Assembly: GCA_041686935.1 (NCBI GenBank)
Contig: JAWLCW010000005.1
Coordinates: 179,715-243,714, forward strand
Length of the DNA: 64,000 nt
Source: Mariniphaga sp.
Lineage (GTDB): Bacteria > Bacteroidota > Bacteroidia > Bacteroidales > Prolixibacteraceae
Direction: 5' to 3'
Shown here: positions 25,192 through 34,525 of the stretch, one piece after another
Position numbering within the stretch: the stretch's first letter is position 1
Layout of the letters: every line of letters begins with the position of its first letter
Made by a program: the position numbers and the translations under genes
Notes under the pieces: generated by a model
Seen by the model: the letters and a program-made list of their open reading frames with translations, nothing else
Databases searched by the model: none
Told to the model about the DNA's origin: nothing

Positions 25192-26811
25192 TTATTTTAA
25201 GTCTTTTGCCGCATTCTTTTTTTGCAGCCGTTTCATTTTTGCTATGCGTTGCACACATTCCCTGCGGCCGATAATCACCGAAACGCCGTTGTATGCCATC
25301 TCCTCGCGAATGATTTTTACAATTTCACCGTGGTTCTTTTTCAGCGGCACAAACAGCCGGATGTGCTCCGGAGCCACGCCCACGCCTTCGCAGATTTTTT
25401 CAATTCGCCCTTTGGCCGACGAATCCTGTCCGCCGGTCATGGCCACGGTTTCGTTGTCCACTATCAGGATGTTCACGTTCGATTTTTCAATCACACAGTC
25501 GAGCAGGCCGGTAATTCCGGAGTGGGTGAACGTGGAGTCGCCAATCACGGCAAATACCGGGGAAAGTCCGGCATCGGCAGCGCCTTTGGCCATGGTGATG
25601 GAGGCGCCCATATCCACGCAGGTGTTGATGGTGTTGTAAGGCGGCAATGCTCCCAGGGTGTAGCAACCGATGTCGGAGAAAACGCGTCCGTTGCCCACAT
25701 CGGCAAGCACTTCGTTCAGCGCTTCGTAGGTGTCCTGGTGGCCGCATCCCGCACAAAGCGACGGTGGCCGCCCCACCAGTGTATCGGGCATTTTAAGCGG
25801 TTCTTCCAGCTCTCTGCCCAGCGCTTTAGCCAGATGGTCGGGATTGAGTTCACCCATGCGCGGAAGCGCTCCGTTCAATCTTCCTGATACTTTGGTTCCT
25901 TTCCCGAAAAAGTCGGTGACCAGTTCTTCCACCAGTGGATAACCTTCTTCAACAACCAGCAGTTCATCGCACTCTTTTTCCAGTTTCAGCAACCATTTTT
26001 CGGGAACAGGGTACTGTGTAATTTTTACCACCGGGTAGGGGCAGTTGCCTTCGGGGTAGTTTTCCATCAGGTAGTTGTATGCAATTCCGCAGCACACAAT
26101 GCCCAGACTTTTTTCCTTTCCTTCGGTATAGGAATTGAAAGTTGATTCTTCCGACAATTCGGTGAGCCAACCCTGTTTGTCGAGCAGGTTCTGGTAATAT
26201 TTTCTTCCGTAAGCCGGAAGCAGCATAAACTGCATCAGGTTTTCGGGCAGTTTGAGTTTATTTTCACTTTGAACCGGTTTTTGCACCACACCCGAACGTG
26301 AGTGCGCCAGCCGGGTGGGGATGCGCATCATTACCGGCAGTCCGGTTTTTTCTGAGAATGCAAACGCTTCGTAGGTCATGTCGTATGCCTCCTGCTGGTT
26401 GGAGGGCTCGAACACGGGAATCATGGCAAACTTGCCGTAAAAGCGGGAGTCCTGCTCGTTTTGCGACGAATGCTGCGACGGGTCGTCAGCCACGGTAATT
26501 ACCAGCCCGCCGTTAATGCCGGTTATGGCCATGTTCATAAACACGTCGGCAGCCACGTTCAGGCCCACATGCTTCATGCAGGCCATGGTCCGTTTGCCGG
26601 CATACGACATGCCCAGTGCGGCTTCCAGCGCCGTTTTTTCGTTGGCCGACCAATCGCGGTGGATGTTCCTTTCGCGTGCCAGCTTGTTATTTTGAATGTA
26701 TTCCGTTATTTCGGTTGACGGGGTGCCCGGGTAAGCGTAAACGCCTGAAATTCCGGCATCTATGGCTGCCTGCCCAATGGCTTCAACCCCCATTAAAAGA
26801 TTTCGTTGCAT
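25192..26811 (-). CDS. iorA: Indolepyruvate:ferredoxin oxidoreductase, alpha subunit
   Basis: The TPP-binding block is GDSTFTHSG and a Cys cluster CAGCGH is present. I chose the start at the internal Met (MQRNLLMGVEAIGQAAIDAG, ATG at 26811) rather than the ORF-track start at 26868. Confidence 0.85.
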   Translation of the reverse strand: MQRNLLMGVEAIGQAAIDAGISGVYAYPGTPSTEITEYIQNNKLARERNIHRDWSANEKTALEAALGMSYAGKRTMACMKHVGLNVAADVFMNMAITGINGGLVITVADDPSQHSSQNEQDSRFYGKFAMIPVFEPSNQQEAYDMTYEAFAFSEKTGLPVMMRIPTRLAHSRSGVVQKPVQSENKLKLPENLMQFMLLPAYGRKYYQNLLDKQGWLTELSEESTFNSYTEGKEKSLGIVCCGIAYNYLMENYPEGNCPYPVVKITQYPVPEKWLLKLEKECDELLVVEEGYPLVEELVTDFFGKGTKVSGRLNGALPRMGELNPDHLAKALGRELEEPLKMPDTLVGRPPSLCAGCGHQDTYEALNEVLADVGNGRVFSDIGCYTLGALPPYNTINTCVDMGASITMAKGAADAGLSPVFAVIGDSTFTHSGITGLLDCVIEKSNVNILIVDNETVAMTGGQDSSAKGRIEKICEGVGVAPEHIRLFVPLKKNHGEIVKIIREEMAYNGVSVIIGRRECVQRIAKMKRLQKKNAAKDLK

Positions 26812-27081
26812 ACTTTTTTGGTTTGTTTCAGCCGGCAAAATAGGGTTTTTATTGCACGCAAAAAACAATAAATCTCAGGTTATGGTTATCTCCCGCAGAT
26901 TTCGCAAATTGCCGCTGAGTATTGTGAAATTTTCAAGCATCAATTTTCAAATAACAAATAATTTCCAAATTCGAAAGCACAAAATCATAAACAAGATGAA
27001 CCTATTTGGAATTTAAGTCATTGGGTTTTGAATATTATTTGGGATTTGTATTTTGTTGATTGGAATTTCAGTCTCCTTCAA

Positions 27082-27504
27082 TCACGAATAAACAGTCAGC
27101 ACCAACTTCCGGCTTCCCCCGTAATTGCGGAATTCACAAAAATAGATGCCCTGCCAGGTGCCCAGGTTGAGTCGGTGATTCGTAATTGGAATTGTTACTT
27201 GAGCGCCAATCACCGACGACTTCAGGTGGGCAGGCATATCATCACTTCCCTCGTAGGTATGTATATATACCGGATCGTCTTCCGGGATCATTTTGTTGAT
27301 GAACGATTCAAAATCGGTGCGCACCGACGGGTCGGCATTTTCGTTAATGGTAATTCCTGCCGACGTGTGTTTCACCAGAATGTGCAGCAAGCCATTCTCC
27401 GGAAGCGACGGCAATTGTTTTTCAATCAGCGAAGTGATTAAATGGTAACCTCGTTTGAACTGGGGTAATGTTATTTCAAGTTGTTGTATCATATTAACCT
27501 CCAA
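27082..27504 (-). CDS. yjbQ: YjbQ/UPF0047 family protein (secondary thiamine-phosphate synthase)
   Basis: 140 aa. The blocks are RGYHLIT, HTSAGITINENADPSV, DDMPAHLKSS and LGTWQGIYFCEF. An alternative start at 27492 would remove the 11-nt overlap with rarA. Confidence 0.85.
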   Translation of the reverse strand: MEVNMIQQLEITLPQFKRGYHLITSLIEKQLPSLPENGLLHILVKHTSAGITINENADPSVRTDFESFINKMIPEDDPVYIHTYEGSDDMPAHLKSSVIGAQVTIPITNHRLNLGTWQGIYFCEFRNYGGSRKLVLTVYS

Positions 27505-28774
27505 ATCTTTTTCCCCACCACTTTTGTAACCGTTCCAGAATTTTTAGTTCCGACTGGTTTTTGCCGGGGCGGTAAAACCGTTCGTTTTTAATTTCCTGCG
27601 GAAGAAAGTCCTGTTCCGCAAAATTGCCATCATAAGAGTGGGCGTATTTGTAATTTTTTCCGTAACCGATTTCTTTCATGAGCTTGGTGGGAGCATTGCG
27701 CAGGTGCAGCGGAACCGGCAGGTTGCCGGTTTTTCGTACCAATGCCAAAGCCTCGTCGATGGCCATGTATGCCGAATTGCTTTTGGGTGAGGTGGCCAGG
27801 TAAATGGTACATTCCGAAAGCACAATCCGCGCCTCGGGGTAGCCAATCTGATGCACGGCATCGAACGTGCTTTGGGCCAGCAGCAGAGCATTGGGATTGG
27901 CCAGTCCGATGTCTTCGGTAGCCAGAATCAGCAAGCGACGGGCGATGAATTTTACATCCTCGCCGCCTTCAATCATGCGGGCCAGCCAGTACACCGCCGC
28001 ATCGGGGTCGCTGCCGCGCACGCTTTTAATAAATGCCGAAATGATGTCGTAGTGCATTTCGCCCTGCTTGTCGTACATAGCCAGGTTTCGTTGCAGGCAG
28101 GCCGTTACTTTGTCGTCGGTAATTTCTACATTGTCTCCTTGCTCAGAATGCACCACCAGTTCCAGTACATTCAGGAGTTTTCGTGCATCGCCACCCGAGA
28201 ATTGGAGCAAGGCGGTATCTTCTTTCAGAGTGATGCTCTTTTTCTTCAGCTCGGTGTCTTTTTTTACAGCCATGTCAACCAGCTTCAGTAACCCGTCTTT
28301 GCTGAGCGATTCCAGAATATACACCTGGCAGCGGGAGAGGAGCGGGGAGATGACTTCGAAGGATGGGTTTTCGGTGGTGGCGCCTATAAGCGTGATAGTT
28401 CCATCTTCCACAGCGCCCAGCAGCGAATCCTGCTGCGACTTGCTGAACCGGTGAATTTCGTCGATGAACAGGATGGGATTGGGTTTATTGAAGAACTGCT
28501 GCTTTTTGGCTTTTTCAATTACCTCGCGTACGTCTTTTACGCCTGAGTTTACAGCACTGAGCGTGTGGAAAGGTCGTTCGAGCGTGTTGGCAATAATTTT
28601 GGCGAGGGTGGTTTTTCCCACACCCGGCGGTCCCCACAAAATGAGCGAGGAGAGGTTGCCCGATTCAATCATTTTACGCAGCACGGCATTTTTCCCCACC
28701 AGGTGCTCCTGCCCGATGTATTCGTCAAGTTTCCGGGGCCGCAGTCGTTCGGCCAGTGGTTGGTTTGCCGCCAT
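27494..28774 (-). CDS. rarA: Replication-associated recombination protein A (AAA+ ATPase)
   Basis: 426 aa. LAERLRPRKLDEYIGQEHL, Walker A GPPGVGKTT, Walker B FIDEIHRF and the MgsA C-terminal domain (YDIISAFIKSVRGSDPDAAVYWLARM) are all present. Confidence 0.9.
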   Translation of the reverse strand: MAANQPLAERLRPRKLDEYIGQEHLVGKNAVLRKMIESGNLSSLILWGPPGVGKTTLAKIIANTLERPFHTLSAVNSGVKDVREVIEKAKKQQFFNKPNPILFIDEIHRFSKSQQDSLLGAVEDGTITLIGATTENPSFEVISPLLSRCQVYILESLSKDGLLKLVDMAVKKDTELKKKSITLKEDTALLQFSGGDARKLLNVLELVVHSEQGDNVEITDDKVTACLQRNLAMYDKQGEMHYDIISAFIKSVRGSDPDAAVYWLARMIEGGEDVKFIARRLLILATEDIGLANPNALLLAQSTFDAVHQIGYPEARIVLSECTIYLATSPKSNSAYMAIDEALALVRKTGNLPVPLHLRNAPTKLMKEIGYGKNYKYAHSYDGNFAEQDFLPQEIKNERFYRPGKNQSELKILERLQKWWGKRFGG

Positions 28775-29002
28775 TTTTCTTTCCTTTTTTGCTGTTGGTA
28801 AACGAGTTTTTTATTGCAGGTTCAAAGGTAGGATTATTTTTTGTTTGAAGTTTTGATTATGTTTCAGGGACGTTCCAACCAAAAGTCAAACTTGACCAGT
28901 TTAAAAGTACAGCGGTATATTCTTGAATTCAGATAATATTTTTTCTATGGAAGAAGCTAAAAAAATAACAATCATAACTAGAAAAAATCGTAATTTTGGA
29001 CT

Positions 29003-29467
29003 GTGAAACAGCGGATATACATAGATACTTCAGTTTTCGGGGGTTATTTTGATGATGAATTCTCTGAACACACTATTCCTCTGTTCGACCGAATAAGAAA
29101 CAAAGAGTTTATCTTACTTTTTTCGACAGTCACGCAGGAAGAACTTGAAAATGCACCAGAAAAAGTAAAAAAACTGGTTAGAAACCTTAAAGCAGAATAT
29201 ACAGAGTTTTTGGAGACAACTGGCGAAGTTATTGACCTTGCAACAGAATACATAACAGAAAAAGTGGTTGGAAAAACAAGTTTTGCTGACTGTTTGCACA
29301 TAGCATTGGCAACCATCAATCGGGCAGACTTTTTGATAAGTTGGAACTTCAAGCATATAGTGAACATTCAGAAGATAAGCGGTTATAACTCCATCAATAT
29401 TAAAAACGGTTACAAACAACTGGAAATTCGTTCACCCAGAGAATTTAAAAATTATGAAAACGACTGA
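29003..29467 (+). CDS. PIN-domain protein (VapC-like toxin), GTG start
   Basis: 154 aa. RIYIDTSVFGGYFDDEF is the N-terminal acidic PIN motif, followed later by FADCLHIALA. Confidence 0.7.
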   Translation: MKQRIYIDTSVFGGYFDDEFSEHTIPLFDRIRNKEFILLFSTVTQEELENAPEKVKKLVRNLKAEYTEFLETTGEVIDLATEYITEKVVGKTSFADCLHIALATINRADFLISWNFKHIVNIQKISGYNSINIKNGYKQLEIRSPREFKNYEND

Positions 29468-29606
29468 AAAAACATTTGACGCTGTGAAATATATGCGTCA
29501 GCAAAGAAATAAAATAAGCGAAAAGTTAGCCAAAATGACTAAAGAAGAAATTCTGGAATACTTCAACAAGCGTAAAACAGAATTGACAAATAAACCTGGT
29601 GCTTAA
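29454..29606 (+). CDS. Small ORF overlapping the PIN gene end (candidate partner/antitoxin)
   Basis: 50 codons, absent from the ORF track because it is under 60 aa: MKTTEKTFDAVKYMRQQRNKISEKLAKMTKEEILEYFNKRKTELTNKPGA*. The ATG at 29454 overlaps the PIN stop (29465-29467) by 14 nt. Confidence 0.4.
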   Translation: MKTTEKTFDAVKYMRQQRNKISEKLAKMTKEEILEYFNKRKTELTNKPGA

Positions 29607-29651
29607 ATTTTGGTATAAAGTATTTTAGCCAGTGGTTTCTGCTCCAAATGG

Positions 29652-31340
29652 TCAACGTTCAGAAACAATAATTTTTTCCTGAAACAATTCAGTATTGCAG
29701 ATAATTCTCAACAAATAAATTCCTGCAGTGAGTTCATGAGTCGAAATCCGGATGGAGTTTCGATCAGATACATTCAACTTTTTTACAACACTTCCTTTTG
29801 AATCAACCAAACTGATAGAAGTTTTACCGGTCATCGGTAAACCTTCGATAAACAGCATGTTTTTTACCGGATTGGGGAAAACTTTTACATGTTCCAATGC
29901 TTTAACAGCCACCGAAGTTGGCACTCTTGTCACTTCAGCGGGAGCGGAAATATTCGTACACCCGGTTTCCGGATTGGTAACCTGAACTGTATAAACCCCT
30001 TCTTCCGTTATATCAAGTTCAAACTGATTCCCTCCGGTAACGGGTTCATCGTTTTTTCGCCATTCATACTCCAGAGCTGGATGATATAATGCCTCAACCC
30101 TGATGTTGCTTCCGGGTTCCAACACAAAAGTGGAATCATTTGCCAGAATTTTTGCCACCGGTTTACAGTCGCCTGTTTCAGTCACTTTATAAATTTCACC
30201 GGCGTTTTTTTTGGCAAAATAAAGTTCCCCGTACCGGTCTTCGCCAAAAGTAGAAATTCCCCTTTCATTAAAATCTGATAGCTGTTCACCTTCAAATCCT
30301 GCTGAATTTTGGGAAATGGTATAAATATTTCCTGTGCAGTAATCGGCGAAAATATAAACGCCAAACATTTCGTTAAAAAGCGCTCCCCGGTAAACATACC
30401 CGCCGGTAATGGAACCACTGCAACCCGAGCCTTCGTGGTTGTATTCAAAAACCGGGAATACATAATTCTCCGTTTCCGGGCAATCTGACTGGTTGTAAGG
30501 CTGGTTCCCTTCATAACACCGCCATCCGTAGTTCTCACCACCTGAACTGCCGGCTGACTGAAAGTTGATTTCTTCCCGGCTGTTTTGACCAACATCTGCA
30601 ATCCAGAAATTGCCGGTTAACCTGTCGAAACTGTTGCGCCAGGGATTTCTTACTCCCCACGCCCAGATTTCATCGCGGGTTGTTTCGTCATTCAAAAAAG
30701 GATTGTCAGGTGGAATTCCGTAACCTGTCTCATCGTCCACATCAACATCGATGCGCAGAATTTTCCCCAGAAACGAATTGCGGGTTTGGGCGTAATTCTG
30801 AGGATCGCCGCCGCTTCCGCCATCGCCAAGCGCAATGTATAAATAGCCGTCGGGCCCGAAAAGCAGTTGTCCGCCATTGTGGTTGGAGTAAGGCTGCTCC
30901 ACTGTTAACAACTGGATTTCACTTTCCCGGTCGGCGAGGTCCGGATTATTTTCGTCGGCTGAAAAACGCGATACTACCGTACTTCCGTCCGAAGCACGGG
31001 TATAGTTCACAAAAAAGTAACCGTTTTCGTGGTATTCCGGATGAAAGGCCAGGCCCAGCAATCCGGTTTCGGAACCCGACTGGCTGACAATTCCTGAAAG
31101 ATCAAGAAACGGGGTGCCGGAAACCGTTCCTTCCAAATCGAGAATCCGGATTAATCCACGCTGTTGCACTACAAAAAGCCTGTCGTCGCCGGCGTTTACA
31201 ATGGCAACCGGGTCAGCCAGTCCGGTGGCAAATGACTGGATATTCAACTGTACCTGAGCGCTGAGCGGAACATACACTAAGAAAAAAATGATGCCATGTA
31301 AAAATTTTGCTTTCATCATATCCGGATTTAAGTTCAACAT
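29652..31340 (-). CDS. PQQ-dependent sugar (glucose/sorbosone) dehydrogenase with a T9SS C-terminal sorting domain
   Basis: 562 aa with a signal peptide. The beta-propeller blocks are GLLGLAFHP and HNGGQLLFGPDGYLYIALGDGG. The C-terminal roughly 80 aa (KVFPNPVKNMLFIEG...LLRI) resemble a Por/T9SS secretion tail. Confidence 0.75.
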   Translation of the reverse strand: MLNLNPDMMKAKFLHGIIFFLVYVPLSAQVQLNIQSFATGLADPVAIVNAGDDRLFVVQQRGLIRILDLEGTVSGTPFLDLSGIVSQSGSETGLLGLAFHPEYHENGYFFVNYTRASDGSTVVSRFSADENNPDLADRESEIQLLTVEQPYSNHNGGQLLFGPDGYLYIALGDGGSGGDPQNYAQTRNSFLGKILRIDVDVDDETGYGIPPDNPFLNDETTRDEIWAWGVRNPWRNSFDRLTGNFWIADVGQNSREEINFQSAGSSGGENYGWRCYEGNQPYNQSDCPETENYVFPVFEYNHEGSGCSGSITGGYVYRGALFNEMFGVYIFADYCTGNIYTISQNSAGFEGEQLSDFNERGISTFGEDRYGELYFAKKNAGEIYKVTETGDCKPVAKILANDSTFVLEPGSNIRVEALYHPALEYEWRKNDEPVTGGNQFELDITEEGVYTVQVTNPETGCTNISAPAEVTRVPTSVAVKALEHVKVFPNPVKNMLFIEGLPMTGKTSISLVDSKGSVVKKLNVSDRNSIRISTHELTAGIYLLRIICNTELFQEKIIVSER

Positions 31341-31591
31341 ACCAACCGTATGTAAACATTACAAATGGCAGGTTCATTTGTTTAACCGGTGCAGGTCCAA
31401 ATCGTGTTGTACACTAAATATTTAAAATTCCCGCCTGCTATTCGAAAACATAAATTTAATTTTTAACTTTAATGAGCTAAAAACCAAAAAAATGATTAGA
31501 CTGAATAACAATGGCAACGAAAAGTTTTTTTTATTAATTTCAGGTAACTGCAATCTAAATTAAAGCGTTTTTCACCGCCACTGGCTAAACG

Positions 31592-31699
31592 TTTTTTTAA
31601 CACAGAATTTCCCGCCAGCCAGCCGGTTGACGAGGCAATTTGTAAGTTGGAGCCGCCGGTATCGGCATCGGGGTCGATGATTTCGCCGGCAATAAAAGG
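31592..31699 (-). pseudogene. C-terminal remnant of an HI0933-like (BaiN-type) flavoprotein gene
   Basis: The minus-strand translation is PFIAGEIIDPDADTGGSNLQIASSTGWLAGNSVLKK. It resembles the conserved C-terminus (..AGE.lD.dg.tGGyNlQ.A.ssG..AG) of roughly 400-aa HI0933-family proteins. The frame has no start codon and is closed by a stop at 31730-31732. Confidence 0.45.
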
Positions 31700-31837
31700 C
31701 CGGCAAAAACGGCCTTTTACCCTATAGAATTATTTAAAGCCGGGAAGTTCCAAAGCCATAGAATTTATTTCTCAAAATTGAAATAAGATTTATAAAAAGT
31801 CAGGAATCCGTATAATGATGTTTTTTTCGATGATGGT

Positions 31838-31877
31838 AAAAAAAAAGAGGCAATTTCGGTTTTGAAACAGCCTCTTT
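31838..31877 (-). terminator. Rho-independent terminator downstream of gltA
   Basis: On the minus strand AAAGAGGC (rc of 31870-31877) pairs with GCCTCTTT (rc of 31844-31851) and is followed by a T-run (rc of the A-run at 31838-31846). The element lies 22 nt past the gltA stop. Confidence 0.55.
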
Positions 31878-31898
31878 AAATAAATTTAAACTAAACGA

Positions 31899-33227
31899 TT
31901 AGCATTTTCTTTTTTCGCCATTTTCTTGATCCACCTGGTCGCGGAACCATTCCAGCGGATGGGAAGTTGGCCGTTCGATGGGAAGACCATAAACACGGTC
32001 GTTAATTAGAGATGCCAGAACACCCAGTGCTCTGGAAACGCCAAATAACACGGTATAGAACGTATATTCCTTGATTCCGTAATGGTACAAAAGTGAACCG
32101 CTGTATGCATCCACATTTGGCCATGGGTTTTGAATTTTTCCAATGCTGGAAAGAATTGGTGGTACAACCCGGTATAACTGGTTTACGAGATTTACCAGTG
32201 GATCGTCTTTTATATATTTTTCTGCAAACTCCTGTTGCGCAGTAAACCTCGGATCTGTTTTCCGAAGAACAGCATGACCGTAGCCGGGAATTACCCGACC
32301 TTCTTCAAGCGTTTGTTTAATGTATGATGCAACTTGCTCATCAGTAGGAGTTTCGGTGTCCAGGTCTTCCATCATCTGGAACATCCAGAATATTACATCC
32401 TGGTTTGCAAATCCGTGTAAAGGGCCTGCCAGACCGGTCATAGCTGCTGCATAAGCATAATAGGTATTGCTAAGCGCTGAACCTACCAAATGTGCTGTGT
32501 GTGCTGAAACATTTCCCCCCTCGTGGTCGGCATGAATCACCATGTACAAACGGAAAAGGCGGTGAATATCTTCCGAATCGTAGCCCATCATATGCGCCAG
32601 GTTACCTGCCCAGTCGAGACGCGGGTTTGGTTCGATGTGTTTGTCGTTGTAAAAATTCCGGCGGTAAATGTAGGCTGCAAGATGTGGCAGGCGGGCAATC
32701 AAATTCATAACGTCTTCATAGGTTGAATCCCAATAATATTTTTTATTAACACCAGCCCGGTACGCTTTCTGGAAAATGGATTCGGTAGCCATGGATAAAA
32801 TGGCAGCACTGAACTGAGTCATTGGTCGTGAATTCTTTGGCATGGCATCAATTACATCGAAAACATGCTGGGGAACGTGAGCCCTGGTGGCAAAGTCTTT
32901 CGATAAATTCAAAACGTCTTCCTGTGTTGGAATTTCACCTATCAGCATGAGATAGAATAAACCTTCAGGAAGTGGTTCTCCGTCGGGAGAAATTTTGGGC
33001 AGTTTTTCACGCAGTTCAGGTATTGAATAGCCTTTGAAACGAATACCTTCGTTTGGGTCAAGTTTTGAGGTGTCGGTAACCAGCAAAGGTATTCCTTTCA
33101 TCCCTGATAATACCTGCCCCAGGGTTACCTTGGCAATCACCTTGTCAGAGTATTCATTTTTGATTCGCTGAAACTCTTTGGAGCACTTACTTGCTTTTTG
33201 AAAAAACCGATACTTAATGTATTCCAT
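31899..33227 (-). CDS. gltA: Citrate synthase
   Basis: 442 aa. It has the catalytic-region blocks HADHEGGNVSAH and GYGHAVLRKTDPR. Confidence 0.9.
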   Translation of the reverse strand: MEYIKYRFFQKASKCSKEFQRIKNEYSDKVIAKVTLGQVLSGMKGIPLLVTDTSKLDPNEGIRFKGYSIPELREKLPKISPDGEPLPEGLFYLMLIGEIPTQEDVLNLSKDFATRAHVPQHVFDVIDAMPKNSRPMTQFSAAILSMATESIFQKAYRAGVNKKYYWDSTYEDVMNLIARLPHLAAYIYRRNFYNDKHIEPNPRLDWAGNLAHMMGYDSEDIHRLFRLYMVIHADHEGGNVSAHTAHLVGSALSNTYYAYAAAMTGLAGPLHGFANQDVIFWMFQMMEDLDTETPTDEQVASYIKQTLEEGRVIPGYGHAVLRKTDPRFTAQQEFAEKYIKDDPLVNLVNQLYRVVPPILSSIGKIQNPWPNVDAYSGSLLYHYGIKEYTFYTVLFGVSRALGVLASLINDRVYGLPIERPTSHPLEWFRDQVDQENGEKRKC

Positions 33228-33261
33228 ACTTTTTATTTTTTTGATTTTTATTAATTTCCAG

Positions 33262-34524
33262 TTAATGAATGTTTTTTATTATTTCGTCTGCAAAAGCAGA
33301 AGTTGAAAGTAATTTGGCGCCTTCCATTTGTGCATAAAGGTCAGATGTTACTTTGCGTTTGGCAAACACATGTTCCATTGCGTCGTACACATGTTCGGCC
33401 GCTTCGTACCAACCCAAATATTCAAGCATCATAACACCCGAAAGGATAAGTGAACTGGGGTTGGCTTTTCCTGAACCGGCAATATCGGGTGCCGTTCCGT
33501 GAGTCGCTTCAAAAATAGCATAACCACTTAAATAATTTATGTTTGCACCTGGTGCAATGCCAATTCCTCCAACCATGGCTGCCAACTGGTCCGAAATGTA
33601 GTCACCGTTCAGGTTCATGGTGGCAATTACCGAATGGTTGTAAGGTTTCAGCAGCGACTCCTGCAAAAAGGCATCGGTAATTACATCTTTTATAATAATC
33701 TTCCCCTCATTTTGTGCTTCTTCCAAAGCGGTTTCTGCATCAAGCTGTCCTTTTTCATCTTTAATCTTTTCAAATTGGCGCCAGGTAAATGTCTGTTTGC
33801 CAAATTCTTTTTCAGCCAAATCGTATCCCCATATTTTGAATGCACCTTCTGTAAATTTCATGATATTACCTTTATGCACCAGGGTTACCGAAGGTAGCTG
33901 ACGAAGAATGGCGTATTGAATGGCAGCCCTGATTAACCTTTCGGAACCTTCTTTTGAAACGGGTTTTATTCCAAATGATGACGATTCGGGAAACCGGATT
34001 TTGTCAACTTTCATTTCTTTCACCAAAAAATCAAGCAGTTTTTTGGCATCCACTTCTCCTGTCATATATTCTATTCCGGCATATATATCTTCGGTATTTT
34101 CACGGAAAATGTGCATGTCAACCAGCGAAGGATAACGAATAGGCGAGGGGACACCCTTAAACCAGCGCACCGGTCGCAGGCAAACAAACAGGTCAAGTAT
34201 TTGACGAAGCGCAACGTTTAAGGATCGGATTCCTTCGCCAACCGGGGTCTGCAAAGGACCTTTAATACCCACCAGGTATTCCTTAAATGCCTCAATGGTT
34301 TCATCCGGAAGGTAATTTCCGGTTTTTCGAAAAGCTTTATCGCCGGCAAGTACCTCTTGCCATTTAATTTTTCGATGACCGTCATAAGCTTTAGCCACTG
34401 CGGCATCAATTACCCTTTGCGAAGGACCGGTGATATCTTTTCCAATTCCGTCTCCTTCAATAAAAGGGATCACCGGTTGGTCGGGTACTTTAAGCTTTCC
34501 ATTTATGATTTTTATTTTATTCAT
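33262..34524 (-). CDS. icd: Isocitrate dehydrogenase (NADP), prokaryotic Icd type (subfamily I)
   Basis: [14 protein letters not shown]...[23 protein letters not shown] parallels E. coli Icd. I chose the start at [11 protein letters not shown] (ATG at 34524), one nucleotide after the upstream gene's stop. Confidence 0.85.
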   Translation of the reverse strand: MNKIKIINGKLKVPDQPVIPFIEGDGIGKDITGPSQRVIDAAVAKAYDGHRKIKWQEVLAGDKAFRKTGNYLPDETIEAFKEYLVGIKGPLQTPVGEGIRSLNVALRQILDLFVCLRPVRWFKGVPSPIRYPSLVDMHIFRENTEDIYAGIEYMTGEVDAKKLLDFLVKEMKVDKIRFPESSSFGIKPVSKEGSERLIRAAIQYAILRQLPSVTLVHKGNIMKFTEGAFKIWGYDLAEKEFGKQTFTWRQFEKIKDEKGQLDAETALEEAQNEGKIIIKDVITDAFLQESLLKPYNHSVIATMNLNGDYISDQLAAMVGGIGIAPGANINYLSGYAIFEATHGTAPDIAGSGKANPSSLILSGVMMLEYLGWYEAAEHVYDAMEHVFAKRKVTSDLYAQMEGAKLLSTSAFADEIIKNIH

Positions 34525-34525
34525 T

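Noticed and set aside
25222-25887. Long antisense ORFs inside well-supported genes, including 1448-1894, 2513-3133, 18814-19389, 25222-25887, 37063-37707, 42951-43673 and 49752-50219
   Set aside because: They are shadow ORFs opposite strongly motif-supported CDSs in GC-richer DNA. Their translations are low-complexity or Arg/Pro/Ser-rich with no recognisable domains.
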